Positions 16,229-24,353 of a stretch of 64,000 nt of DNA are shown piece after piece (position 1 is the stretch's first letter; the number at the start of each line of letters is the position of its first letter). Source of the stretch: an uncultured Fimbriimonas sp. (lineage in GTDB: Bacteria > Armatimonadota > Fimbriimonadia > Fimbriimonadales > Fimbriimonadaceae); the NCBI GenBank assembly GCA_945952345.1, contig CAMFIS010000004.1, positions 11,094 through 75,093 on the forward strand, in the 5' to 3' direction. Position numbers and translations under genes: made by a program. The notes beneath the pieces are model-generated. The model did no database searches, was not told the origin of the DNA, and worked only from the letters and a program-made list of their open reading frames with translations.

Positions 16229-19200
16229 ATGAAGCTTTTATCCGGCGCGCTTGCGCTGGTCTTGTCGTCTGTCACTCTGGCCTCGACCATCAAACGAATT
16301 CAATATCCGGCAATCTCTCCGGATGGCGCTACCATCATCTTCAGTTGGCAAAACGATTTGTGGTCGGTTGCTCGCGCGGGCGGCATGGCGACTCGGCTCA
16401 CCGTTCACGCTGCAGTCGACTCTCGGCCCGTTTGGTTCCGCGATGGATCTCGCATCGCGTTCGCTTCGGCACGCTATGGCAGCACCGACGTTTTCACCAT
16501 GAAGCCGGACGGCACCGAACTGCACCGCGTGACGTACGATTCGAGTAGCGAGATTCCGACCACCGTCTCGCCCGACGGACGATTCATCTATGGCCAAACG
16601 AATCTGTGGAGCCGGGGCGATTTGTTCCGAGTGCCGGTGAATGGCGGCGATCTTCAGCGACTCACCAACCACCCCTTCGAAGCTCCGTTCGCTCCGTTCG
16701 TTTCTCCCGACGGCACCAAGGTGTATTACAACCGCGGTGCCTACCGCGAAACGGCTTGGCAAAAACCGACGATGCAATCTTCCGCATTGCCCGAGATTTG
16801 GGTTGCGGACAATACCGTTCCGCTCTCCAACCATAAGCGAGTGACGAACAACGAATTCACCGATTTGACTCCGAATGTGATGCCCGATGGGACGATCTAT
16901 GCCATTTCAAATCGAGGTGGGTTCCCGAATGTTTGGAAGCTTGGTGGAAAGGGAGAGAAGGAATTGACGCACCACAAGGACGGCACGAGCCGCAACTTGT
17001 CCGTCAGCAAAGACGGTAAGGTCATGGCGTACGAATTTGAATCGTCGCTGATGGTGTACGAAGCCGACAAAGATGCCGCGCGCGAAGTGGTGGTGACGGT
17101 GCCGGACGACGATCGAATGAACCCGATGCAAGAGATTTCCTTGACCACGGGAATTCAGCAAATGGCGGTTTCGCCGGATGGCAAGCGGATGGCGGCGTCG
17201 GCTCGGGGAGACATTTTCGTCCTGCCCGAGAAAGGAGGCACGACTCGGCGGTTGACCACAAACCCAGGGCGAGATTTCGCTCCTCAATGGATCGACTCGA
17301 AGACGATCGTCTACACGACGTTAGAGGGAACGCGACGGCGATTGAAAACGGTTTCTGTCGATGGGGTGGTGAAGGACTACATGTCCGATCCTAAGCTCGA
17401 AGTGCTGTGCGCTTCGGTCGCTCCGGATGCCAAAACGGTGGCGTTTCATAAAGGTGACAGCGAGATTTGGACCTGCGAGCCCAACGGTTCGAATCCGAAG
17501 CTGCTTGTGCGCGGAAACTTCCGGAACGCGCTCGACAGCGGTTCGCCTACTTTCTCGTGGTCACCGGATAGCAAGTACATCGTAACGACCCTGGTCGAGG
17601 GACGACGAACCGATGTGGTTCTCGTGGATGCCAAGTCGGGAACGTCAACCGTCATCGCCAAAATGGTCGATCGACCTCAGAAGGGGGACGTCTCAGTTCC
17701 GCAATTCTTGCCCAACGGTCGTGGTGTGGTCTTCACGTCGCCGGAGTTTGACGATCCCGACCTATTCATTGTTGACTTGGTACCGCCGGACGTGACGTTC
17801 TCGGAAGACGATCTTGACAAGATCGATAATCCGCCAAGCAAAGAGAAGCCGGTCGTGGACGTCAAGGTTTATGAGCCAAACCTGAAGCAGAGGCTTCGAC
17901 GGTTGACGCTGCGAGGCTGCGCTGCCTTCACTCCGTCGGGCGATGGCCGCACAATCTACGCAGTGACGGATGCCGGTTTGCAATCGATCAATGCTTCAAC
18001 TGGAGCCGCTACCACGATCATGCCTGCCGGTGCAGGTCTTGCCGTTCAGGATCTTCAGTTCACGAACGGAAAGCTGTACGTGCTGAACAATGGATCGATG
18101 GCGACGCTGAATACGGCCGGTCCTGCCCCGGCGATGGCGCCCATCTCGTTCAATGCCCAATACACCATCGATGCGAAGGCGGAAGAAATGGCGCTCTTCG
18201 AAGAGATTTGGTGGGCGATGGGCCAGCTGTATTACAACCCGGAGATGAACAAGAAGAACTGGGTGGCGATGCGAGACAAGTACAGCAGGATCGTGCCGTT
18301 CGCATACGATCGATCCGACTTCTATCGCATGATGGGCGAGATGATGGAGGAGTTGGACTCCTCGCACCTCGGTTCGACGGCGCCTCCGGCAGACTTCCCG
18401 GGGACGAATAACGAAGCTACGGCATTCCTCGGCGTCGACCTCGACCCGGTCTCGCTGAACGCGGGAACGTGGGTGGTTGGTCGCGTGGTGCCAAACTCTC
18501 CAGCCGATCAGCCTTCGAGTCTGCTCAAGCCGGGTGATCGAATTGTTGAAGTTGATGGCGAGAAAGTTGGCCCGACTCCTTTGGCGGCATTGCTGAATCG
18601 CAAGGCGGCGAAGAAGGTTGTGCTGACGATCGAGCGAGATGGCGGCCGCATGGCGGTGACGATCAAACCTGCGGCAAATGCTATACGCACTGCGTTGGAG
18701 TACAACGCGTGGGTCGAGCAGGAGCGCAAGATGGTCGATAAGCTGAGCAATGGCCGGCTGGGCTATCTGCATATTCAAGCAATGGACAAGCGATCGCTTG
18801 ATCAATTCCTTCGTGAAATCCGTACGGAGGGTGAAGGCAAGAAGGGCATGATCATCGACGTTCGGTTCAACGGCGGCGGCTCGACCGCGGTCGACGTGCT
18901 TGGAGTCTTGATCAAGACTCCCTGGCTGATTCGAACCACGCGCGGTGAGTTTGGCGTGAAGCTGAGCGAGAACATCTACCGCGGCGACGCCTTGGAATTG
19001 CCGACGGCATTGATGTCGAATAGCTTCTCGTTCTCGAACGCTGAGGTCATTACGGAAGGCTTCCGAAAACTGAAGCTGGGTCCCATCGTTGGTGAGCGTA
19101 CTCCGGGCTACGTCATTGGTACGGGCGCGTTCAGCCTGTGGGATGGCGGCATGATTCGCATGCCTGCAATCGGTGCATACGCGGTCGACATGAGCAATCT

Positions 19201-19321
19201 GGAGAACGATGGACGCCGACCGGACCACGTGGTCTGGTTCGATCCGAACGCATGGGGCGAGGGTCGAGACCTTCAGATCGAGCGTGCAGTAACGGAGCTG
19301 CTGAAGACGATCGCGAATTAG
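16229..19321 (+). CDS. tricorn-like protease (S41 family; beta-propellers + PDZ + C-terminal peptidase), paralog 1
   Basis: 1030 aa with a signal peptide. It has repeated TolB/WD40-like PD40 motifs (SPDG...IAF.S.R.G..D), a PDZ-like segment (LLKPGDRIVEVDG) and an S41-type C-terminal domain (IIDVRFNGGGS). Confidence 0.85.
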   Translation: MKLLSGALALVLSSVTLASTIKRIQYPAISPDGATIIFSWQNDLWSVARAGGMATRLTVHAAVDSRPVWFRDGSRIAFASARYGSTDVFTMKPDGTELHRVTYDSSSEIPTTVSPDGRFIYGQTNLWSRGDLFRVPVNGGDLQRLTNHPFEAPFAPFVSPDGTKVYYNRGAYRETAWQKPTMQSSALPEIWVADNTVPLSNHKRVTNNEFTDLTPNVMPDGTIYAISNRGGFPNVWKLGGKGEKELTHHKDGTSRNLSVSKDGKVMAYEFESSLMVYEADKDAAREVVVTVPDDDRMNPMQEISLTTGIQQMAVSPDGKRMAASARGDIFVLPEKGGTTRRLTTNPGRDFAPQWIDSKTIVYTTLEGTRRRLKTVSVDGVVKDYMSDPKLEVLCASVAPDAKTVAFHKGDSEIWTCEPNGSNPKLLVRGNFRNALDSGSPTFSWSPDSKYIVTTLVEGRRTDVVLVDAKSGTSTVIAKMVDRPQKGDVSVPQFLPNGRGVVFTSPEFDDPDLFIVDLVPPDVTFSEDDLDKIDNPPSKEKPVVDVKVYEPNLKQRLRRLTLRGCAAFTPSGDGRTIYAVTDAGLQSINASTGAATTIMPAGAGLAVQDLQFTNGKLYVLNNGSMATLNTAGPAPAMAPISFNAQYTIDAKAEEMALFEEIWWAMGQLYYNPEMNKKNWVAMRDKYSRIVPFAYDRSDFYRMMGEMMEELDSSHLGSTAPPADFPGTNNEATAFLGVDLDPVSLNAGTWVVGRVVPNSPADQPSSLLKPGDRIVEVDGEKVGPTPLAALLNRKAAKKVVLTIERDGGRMAVTIKPAANAIRTALEYNAWVEQERKMVDKLSNGRLGYLHIQAMDKRSLDQFLREIRTEGEGKKGMIIDVRFNGGGSTAVDVLGVLIKTPWLIRTTRGEFGVKLSENIYRGDALELPTALMSNSFSFSNAEVITEGFRKLKLGPIVGERTPGYVIGTGAFSLWDGGMIRMPAIGAYAVDMSNLENDGRRPDHVVWFDPNAWGEGRDLQIERAVTELLKTIAN

Positions 19322-19336
19322 TCAGCGGAATGAAGT

Positions 19337-19491
19337 CGTGGCACTGGTAACGAGATCTGCCTTGAGTTCGTTCATTTTCACGAAGGATGAGTGAGAACGG
19401 ACTGAGGCTGCGAGTTACCAGTGTTTTTGGTCGAAGAATAACACTGGTAAATCCCAGTTCCTTCGTCACAGGCGTCTTTACCAGTGCCACG
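19337..19491. repeat. nested inverted repeats built on the 9-mer TTACCAGTG
   Basis: Outer perfect 14-bp pair: CGTGGCACTGGTAA (19337-19350) / TTACCAGTGCCACG (19478-19491). Inner perfect 11-bp pair: TTACCAGTGTT (19415-19425) / AACACTGGTAA (19440-19450). The four core copies alternate in orientation. Confidence 0.9.
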
Positions 19492-19543
19492 TCTAAATTC
19501 TGGTGCCATGATACAGCGTCAATCAGTTGGTATTGTCCTCTTT

Positions 19544-19578
19544 CGCTGGCTTTGCCGCTTCTTACACTTCCCTCACTC
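19544..19578. repeat. dispersed module CGCTGGCTTTGCCGCTTC ... CTTCCCTCACTC (copy upstream of blaI)
   Basis: The 18-mer at 19544-19561 is identical to 32813-32830. CTTCCCTCACTC at 19567-19578 is identical to 32847-32858. The module ends 81 nt before the blaI ATG. Confidence 0.85.
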
Positions 19579-19604
19579 AAAAGAATTCTTTGCACAAATC
19601 GTCA

Positions 19605-19641
19605 TTTACCGTAGTAAACTATAATCGTTTACCATGGTAAA
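19605..19641 (+). promoter_or_regulatory. two dyad operators flanking a TATAAT box (putative BlaI-family autoregulated promoter)
   Basis: TTTACCGTAGTAAA (19605-19618, imperfect dyad) and TTTACCATGGTAAA (19628-19641, perfect palindrome) are 23 bp centre-to-centre. A perfect TATAAT lies between them at 19620-19625. GGAG lies 8 nt before the ATG at 19659. Confidence 0.6.
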
Positions 19642-19658
19642 TCTATTGGAGTAGAACA

Positions 19659-20036
19659 ATGGCGATTCGTATTGGAAGTCAGCAGTTGAAGATCATGCGG
19701 GTGTTGTGGCGCGATGGGGAAGCGACCGCCAAGCACATCACCGAGGAACTCTCGAAGAGCGAGCCGGTGGCGCACTCCACCATCCAGACCTTGCTGCGAA
19801 AGCTGCAGGCGAAAGGAGCGGTGACGCACGAGGGTCGAGAGCGGACGTTTTACTTCCGCGCGTTGGTGAGTGAGGACGAGATTGCTCAGACCGCGACGCA
19901 GGATTTGATCGGCAAGGTCTTTAACGGTTCCCTCTCGGGCCTGGTCGCGCATGTTCTGGAGAATGAGGACGTATCAGCAGCCGAGCTGAACGAGTTGAAG
20001 CGGTTGATCGACGAGAAATCGAAGGAGCTGAAATGA
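19659..20036 (+). CDS. BlaI/MecI/CopY-family transcriptional repressor
   Basis: 125 aa. It has a winged-helix N-terminus (QLKIMRVLWRDGEATAKHITEEL....HSTIQTLLRKLQAKGAV) and a C-terminal dimerisation helix. It overlaps the downstream M56 gene by 4 nt. Confidence 0.9.
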   Translation: MAIRIGSQQLKIMRVLWRDGEATAKHITEELSKSEPVAHSTIQTLLRKLQAKGAVTHEGRERTFYFRALVSEDEIAQTATQDLIGKVFNGSLSGLVAHVLENEDVSAAELNELKRLIDEKSKELK

Positions 20037-22861
20037 ATCCCGTGTCCATTTTGATCCAGTCGACGTTGTGCTTTGGCGTCGCCGCCTTGGCGCTCCTGGT
20101 GTTCCGGCGATCGCCTCAGGCGCGAGTCTTTATCTGTCGGCTTGCAATGGTGAGTTTCGTCGTGGCATGCATTGCAACTCCACGCCTGGTGTCTCCGTTC
20201 CGCACGGTTCCGGCTTTGCCTGAGACCAATCCCGTAGTTACGAACCAAGTGGAGAAGCCCGCTTCGTCTACTTCAGTCTCCAAGCACTCCGAAATCATTG
20301 AGCCCACACTAGGTTCGGTAGCGCCAAGCGATGTGAACGAGAAACTTCCCCGAGCGTTTGAGGTCGATTGGGGACTGGTCGCTGGCATTTTGTATCTGAC
20401 AGGAGTTGTAATTGGCCTGGGGTCGCTTATCGGTGGCTTAACTCAACTGTTGGGCATTGTGAACCGTTCCGTGCCGGTCGTCGAGTCTCAGGTGGTTGGG
20501 CTGGTCGCTCGTCGAGCCCAGCAAATGAAAGTCCGCAAACCTCGATTGCGGAGCTCGGCCGAGATCGCGAGTCCATGCGTAACCGGACTCTTCCGACCAA
20601 CCTTGCTAATGCCCGACTTCATGTTGGCCGACGATCTCGAGGCAGTCATCGACCATGAACTCTGTCATCTTAGGAATCGAGACGTGCTTTGGCTGCTGGT
20701 AACCCGGTTAATGTGTATTGCCTTCTGGTGCCAGCCCTTTGTTTGGGTGATCGAGCGTGCTCATCGGATAGCCACGGAGGAACGATGTGACATGGCAGTA
20801 ATAGAATCTGGAGCGTCAGCTCCCGCGTATGCATCGACCTTAGTTGGACTCCAGGAAGCGTCGCAATTTCCCATCCCTCTGCCTGGCGTCGGTGTCGTGA
20901 GTGGCAATTCAAATTTAGGTCGAAGAGTAAGAGCGATCCTAGAGCCAAGTTGGCGGAGATTTGGAATCGGATCTCGGTTGATGGCATTGCTGGCTATCGG
21001 TTGTGTTGGAGGATTGTCGGCACTGCTCTTTGCGCAGCCGGGAGTTCGAGGGCAAGTCGATTTTGGGACGATTCGTGCTGTCGACGAAGGAGGCAAGCCA
21101 GTCGTACTTAAGTGGGCACAAGCTTATGTGTGGGCCCAATCGATACCCGAGACCAAGACTCTCCAACTCGCGACGCGAGGCGACCGTATTGAGATTGGAA
21201 AGCATCAGTGGCATCACCGAACGGTTGCCCTTATGTGTGAAGCCGAAGATGGCCGAGTGGATACGGCTTACTTGATCGATGATCGACCAGTCGACAAGTT
21301 CATTTTCCACAAGACCAGCACGATTCGAGGACGCGTTGTCCTGCCAGGCGGGAATGACGGAACTCTTAGAGCCAGATTATGGTTGGTGGGACGCGACCGT
21401 CGCGATGAAGAAGGTTCGGACATTGGCATGCCAATTGTCCCAAGTCTCCCTCTGGCGAAAACAGTCCCGATCGATAAAGAGGGCAAGTTCGAGATGTCTG
21501 GAATTCCGGTTGGTAGCGACCCCGAAATTGAAATCGACGATGACCGATTCTATAAAGTGCGTACATCACCTAAATCCCGCGTCGAAATGGACGGATCGTC
21601 AAAGCCGATTGTTGTGGAGTTTGGCTGGTCGGGCCATATCGAGGGGAGGTTGACGAACCACGGCGTGCCAATTGCAGGAACTTGGGTTGGGGCCCAGATG
21701 GAGCGGCCCTACAACTGGGGCCATGCGGTTACGGATGCCGATGGTAAGTATCGAATATCTCGAATCGCTCCAGGAAAATACAACTTGGCCGTACTGGAGA
21801 AAGAGGTCGGAGCAGTGAGAGCTCGCGTCGGCGTTGAAGTACCGGCGAAGGTTCCAGTCAGAGATGTCGACTTAACGACCGAGGTCGGCGGATATCTGGA
21901 AGGACAGATACTGAAGTACGATGGCTCGCCAGATTCAGGCGCTCGCGTCGGAGTCTATGGGCCAGCGCACCCTAGGACTGGTGGTTGGGTTGACTGGAAA
22001 GAATCGGATGTCAACGGTCGATTTCGGTTCCATGTTCCAACGGGGGAGAACTTCGTTTATTCGATGAACGAACCTAAGGTTGGACAGACCGTACGTATAA
22101 GTCAAGACCAAACCACGAAAGTGACCTTGCAATTTCCCAAGGACACCTTTGGAAACAGTCCCTTCGAGTTTCTGTTCACGGACTCTCAGGCTATTGCGGT
22201 AGATATTCCGGAAACGCGGTTCTTGGGCAGCGACCAGCCGACTCATGCTTTGCTGGGTGGCCTGGTCGATATCCGGACGGCGACTCCGGTGATTTGGCAT
22301 CCGGATGGTACAAGAGTTCCAATGTCTCCGGCGTTGGCCAAGGCGATCCAGGATTGGCTGAAGAAGTTCAACCGATTCGACTCAAGGATGTTTGCGATGG
22401 TTCGCATGACTTCGCTGCCGTGCGATCAGGATCGGTTCATCTTTGGCTTTGGGCACACAAGAGGGTCAGGCGAATATCATGGCGCGAACAAAACTGCGAC
22501 TCTCATGGTGCCAATTTCCATGGGCGAAGGGTTGGCCCGCGCGGATCTCCGTGTCGGAATTCCGGCCGAGTTGCCCAAGACGGTTTTCAAGGGCAAAGCA
22601 GATCAGTTGATGCGGCCGATGAAGCAAGTCCCGGGAATGCCGCATTACCAATTGCGCCTTGGGGCCTATGCCAAGGACAAGGATTGGTCCCTGACGATGG
22701 ACCTCGAGGATGGCCGTGCTTTCCATGCAGTAGGCTACGGCGACAATGAGACGGTGGTGATTGGCATGACTCCGAAGGATAAGCTACGGAATGTCTCGGT
22801 AACGGCTCGGAAGGTTGGTTGGGCGACGTTTAACAACGTCGCATTGCGGCCGAAGTCGTAG
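20033..22861 (+). CDS. BlaR1/M56-family membrane metalloprotease sensor with ~600-aa extracytoplasmic extension
   Basis: 942 aa with N-terminal TM helices, the HEXXH motif (IDHELCHLRNRD) and a further TM helix (LMALLAIGCVGGLSALLFA). A large beta-rich region includes a carboxypeptidase-regulatory-like repeat (GRLTNHGVPIAGTWVGA...TDADGKYRISRIAPGKYNLAV). Confidence 0.85.
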   Translation: MNPVSILIQSTLCFGVAALALLVFRRSPQARVFICRLAMVSFVVACIATPRLVSPFRTVPALPETNPVVTNQVEKPASSTSVSKHSEIIEPTLGSVAPSDVNEKLPRAFEVDWGLVAGILYLTGVVIGLGSLIGGLTQLLGIVNRSVPVVESQVVGLVARRAQQMKVRKPRLRSSAEIASPCVTGLFRPTLLMPDFMLADDLEAVIDHELCHLRNRDVLWLLVTRLMCIAFWCQPFVWVIERAHRIATEERCDMAVIESGASAPAYASTLVGLQEASQFPIPLPGVGVVSGNSNLGRRVRAILEPSWRRFGIGSRLMALLAIGCVGGLSALLFAQPGVRGQVDFGTIRAVDEGGKPVVLKWAQAYVWAQSIPETKTLQLATRGDRIEIGKHQWHHRTVALMCEAEDGRVDTAYLIDDRPVDKFIFHKTSTIRGRVVLPGGNDGTLRARLWLVGRDRRDEEGSDIGMPIVPSLPLAKTVPIDKEGKFEMSGIPVGSDPEIEIDDDRFYKVRTSPKSRVEMDGSSKPIVVEFGWSGHIEGRLTNHGVPIAGTWVGAQMERPYNWGHAVTDADGKYRISRIAPGKYNLAVLEKEVGAVRARVGVEVPAKVPVRDVDLTTEVGGYLEGQILKYDGSPDSGARVGVYGPAHPRTGGWVDWKESDVNGRFRFHVPTGENFVYSMNEPKVGQTVRISQDQTTKVTLQFPKDTFGNSPFEFLFTDSQAIAVDIPETRFLGSDQPTHALLGGLVDIRTATPVIWHPDGTRVPMSPALAKAIQDWLKKFNRFDSRMFAMVRMTSLPCDQDRFIFGFGHTRGSGEYHGANKTATLMVPISMGEGLARADLRVGIPAELPKTVFKGKADQLMRPMKQVPGMPHYQLRLGAYAKDKDWSLTMDLEDGRAFHAVGYGDNETVVIGMTPKDKLRNVSVTARKVGWATFNNVALRPKS

Positions 22862-22876
22862 CGACAGTCCACCTGC

Positions 22877-23314
22877 CTATGCAATTGGAACGTACTCGTA
22901 GTACAAGTCCCACTCTTCTTCGTGGGTGAGTTTGAACCCGTGGCGCTGGTAGAAGCGGTTTGAGTCACTGTCCCTCAGCGCGCCAAGCCTGATTGGGAGT
23001 TCGAGGCTCGCGGCTTCGCTTTGCAAGGAAGCCAAGACTAGGGAGCCTAGGCGTTTGCCCTGGTGCGTCGGCGAGATATAGAGGTGGTCGAGGTAAAGGT
23101 GGTCGGGATGGCGAGTGAGGGCATAGAATCCAACCGGCTCTCCATCGACCAGGATCCAGAACGCGTTTTCGGGCACGAAGGAACTCAAGAATCGTTCCCG
23201 AGATCGCTCGGGCGAGTAGCGTCCAATTCGCTCCAGGCTCTCACGCATGGCTTCGAGTCGGAGGGAGCAAAGCGCCTCCGCGTCGTCGATTGTCGTTGCC
23301 TTGTATTCGATCAC
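22877..23314 (-). CDS. GNAT family N-acetyltransferase
   Basis: 145 aa with an acetyl-CoA binding motif region (LYISPTHQGKRLGSLVL) and RFYQRHGF near the C-terminus. Confidence 0.8.
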   Translation of the reverse strand: MIEYKATTIDDAEALCSLRLEAMRESLERIGRYSPERSRERFLSSFVPENAFWILVDGEPVGFYALTRHPDHLYLDHLYISPTHQGKRLGSLVLASLQSEAASLELPIRLGALRDSDSNRFYQRHGFKLTHEEEWDLYYEYVPIA

Positions 23315-24339
23315 ACGGTTCGGCCAACGTAGCCGGAGAGGCCACGAAGATCGTTCATGAGATCGCGGAAGGTATCTGGCACAAGGGCTTGCGAGCCGTC
23401 ACTCAGGGCTTCCTTTGGATTCGGGTGCATCTCGACCATGACACCATCGGCACCTGCGACCATGGCGGCTTTCGCCATCGCCCGGACGTAGCGAGCGACA
23501 CCGGTTCCGTGCGATGGGTCCGCAATGACAGGTAGATGAGAGAATTCTTTTAGTACAGGTACGATGCCCAAATCTAGGACATTTCGCGTATACGTACTGT
23601 CGAAAGCCATGATGCCTCGCTCGCAGAGCATGACATTGTGATTGCCCTGATTCATCACGTATTCGGCGGCGAGGAGGAACTCGTCGACGCCAGCCGAAGG
23701 TCCGCGCTTGAGGAAGACCGGCTTGCCGCTCTTGCCGGCTTCGATGAGAAGCGGAAAGTTCTGCATCGACCGGGCGCCGATCTGAATGATGTCGGCGTAC
23801 TTGGCGACGAGGGGAACCATGTCGCCACTCATTGCCTCAGTGATCGTGACGAGGCCAAACTTATCTCCGACCTCTTTCATGATCTTCAAGCCTTCTTCGG
23901 CGAGACCTTGGAAGGAATAGGGCGAGGTGCGGGGCTTGAATGCGCCACCGCGAAGGATGGTCGCGCCAGAATCTTTAACGACGGCGGCGGCAGCTTCGAA
24001 CTGGTCGTACGATTCGACCGAGCATGGGCCGCCCATGACGACAAACTTATTGCCCCCGATTTCAACGTCCTTGACCTTGATGACGGTGTTCTCGCGCTTG
24101 TATTCGCGACTGGCCAGTTTGTAAGGGTGCGAAGTCTGGGTGACCCGGCTGACGCCCTCCATCGCGCTGATGTTGGCGGCGATGTTGGTGCGTTGATCGT
24201 TGTTGAGCGAGGCGGGAATGCCGATCGCGGTGCGGCCCTCGCCGGGCAGGATCAGCGGTTCAAATCCGCGGTCGCGGATGAAGGAAGCAACGGCCTCAAT
24301 CTGCGCCTCGGTGGCGCCAACTTGCATAACAATGATCAT
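23311..24339 (-). CDS. aroF: 3-deoxy-7-phosphoheptulonate (DAHP) synthase, type I-beta with N-terminal regulatory domain
   Basis: 342 aa. It has an N-terminal ferredoxin/ACT-like ~70 aa followed by a KDO8P/DAHPS-like barrel (GPCSVES, LRGGAFKPRTSPYSFQG, IGARSMQNF, DPSHG). The architecture matches the Thermotoga-type enzyme. Confidence 0.9.
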   Translation of the reverse strand: MIIVMQVGATEAQIEAVASFIRDRGFEPLILPGEGRTAIGIPASLNNDQRTNIAANISAMEGVSRVTQTSHPYKLASREYKRENTVIKVKDVEIGGNKFVVMGGPCSVESYDQFEAAAAVVKDSGATILRGGAFKPRTSPYSFQGLAEEGLKIMKEVGDKFGLVTITEAMSGDMVPLVAKYADIIQIGARSMQNFPLLIEAGKSGKPVFLKRGPSAGVDEFLLAAEYVMNQGNHNVMLCERGIMAFDSTYTRNVLDLGIVPVLKEFSHLPVIADPSHGTGVARYVRAMAKAAMVAGADGVMVEMHPNPKEALSDGSQALVPDTFRDLMNDLRGLSGYVGRTV

Positions 24340-24353
24340 TTGATACCTGTACG

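Noticed and set aside
17486-17496. GGTTCGAATCC, a tRNA T-loop-like 11-mer. A similar GGTTCAAATCC lies near 24256.
   Set aside because: Both lie inside well-supported CDSs (tricorn-1 and DAHP synthase). Neither has flanking acceptor or anticodon stem complementarity. These are chance matches.
19337-19350. A TGGCAC core in the CGTGGCACTGGTAA repeats (also at 13918-30, 19478-91 and 33979-88) looked like a sigma-54 -24 element, tempting because rpoN is in the window.
   Set aside because: No copy has a properly spaced -12 element. In TGGCACTGGTACGCG and TGGCACTGATACGCG the GC falls one nt short of the strict spacing of TGGCACG-N4-TTGC. The two 19337/19478 copies (TGGCAC TGGTA ACGA / AAGA) have no GC there at all. 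Orientations also do not point at gene starts; several copies face 3' ends.
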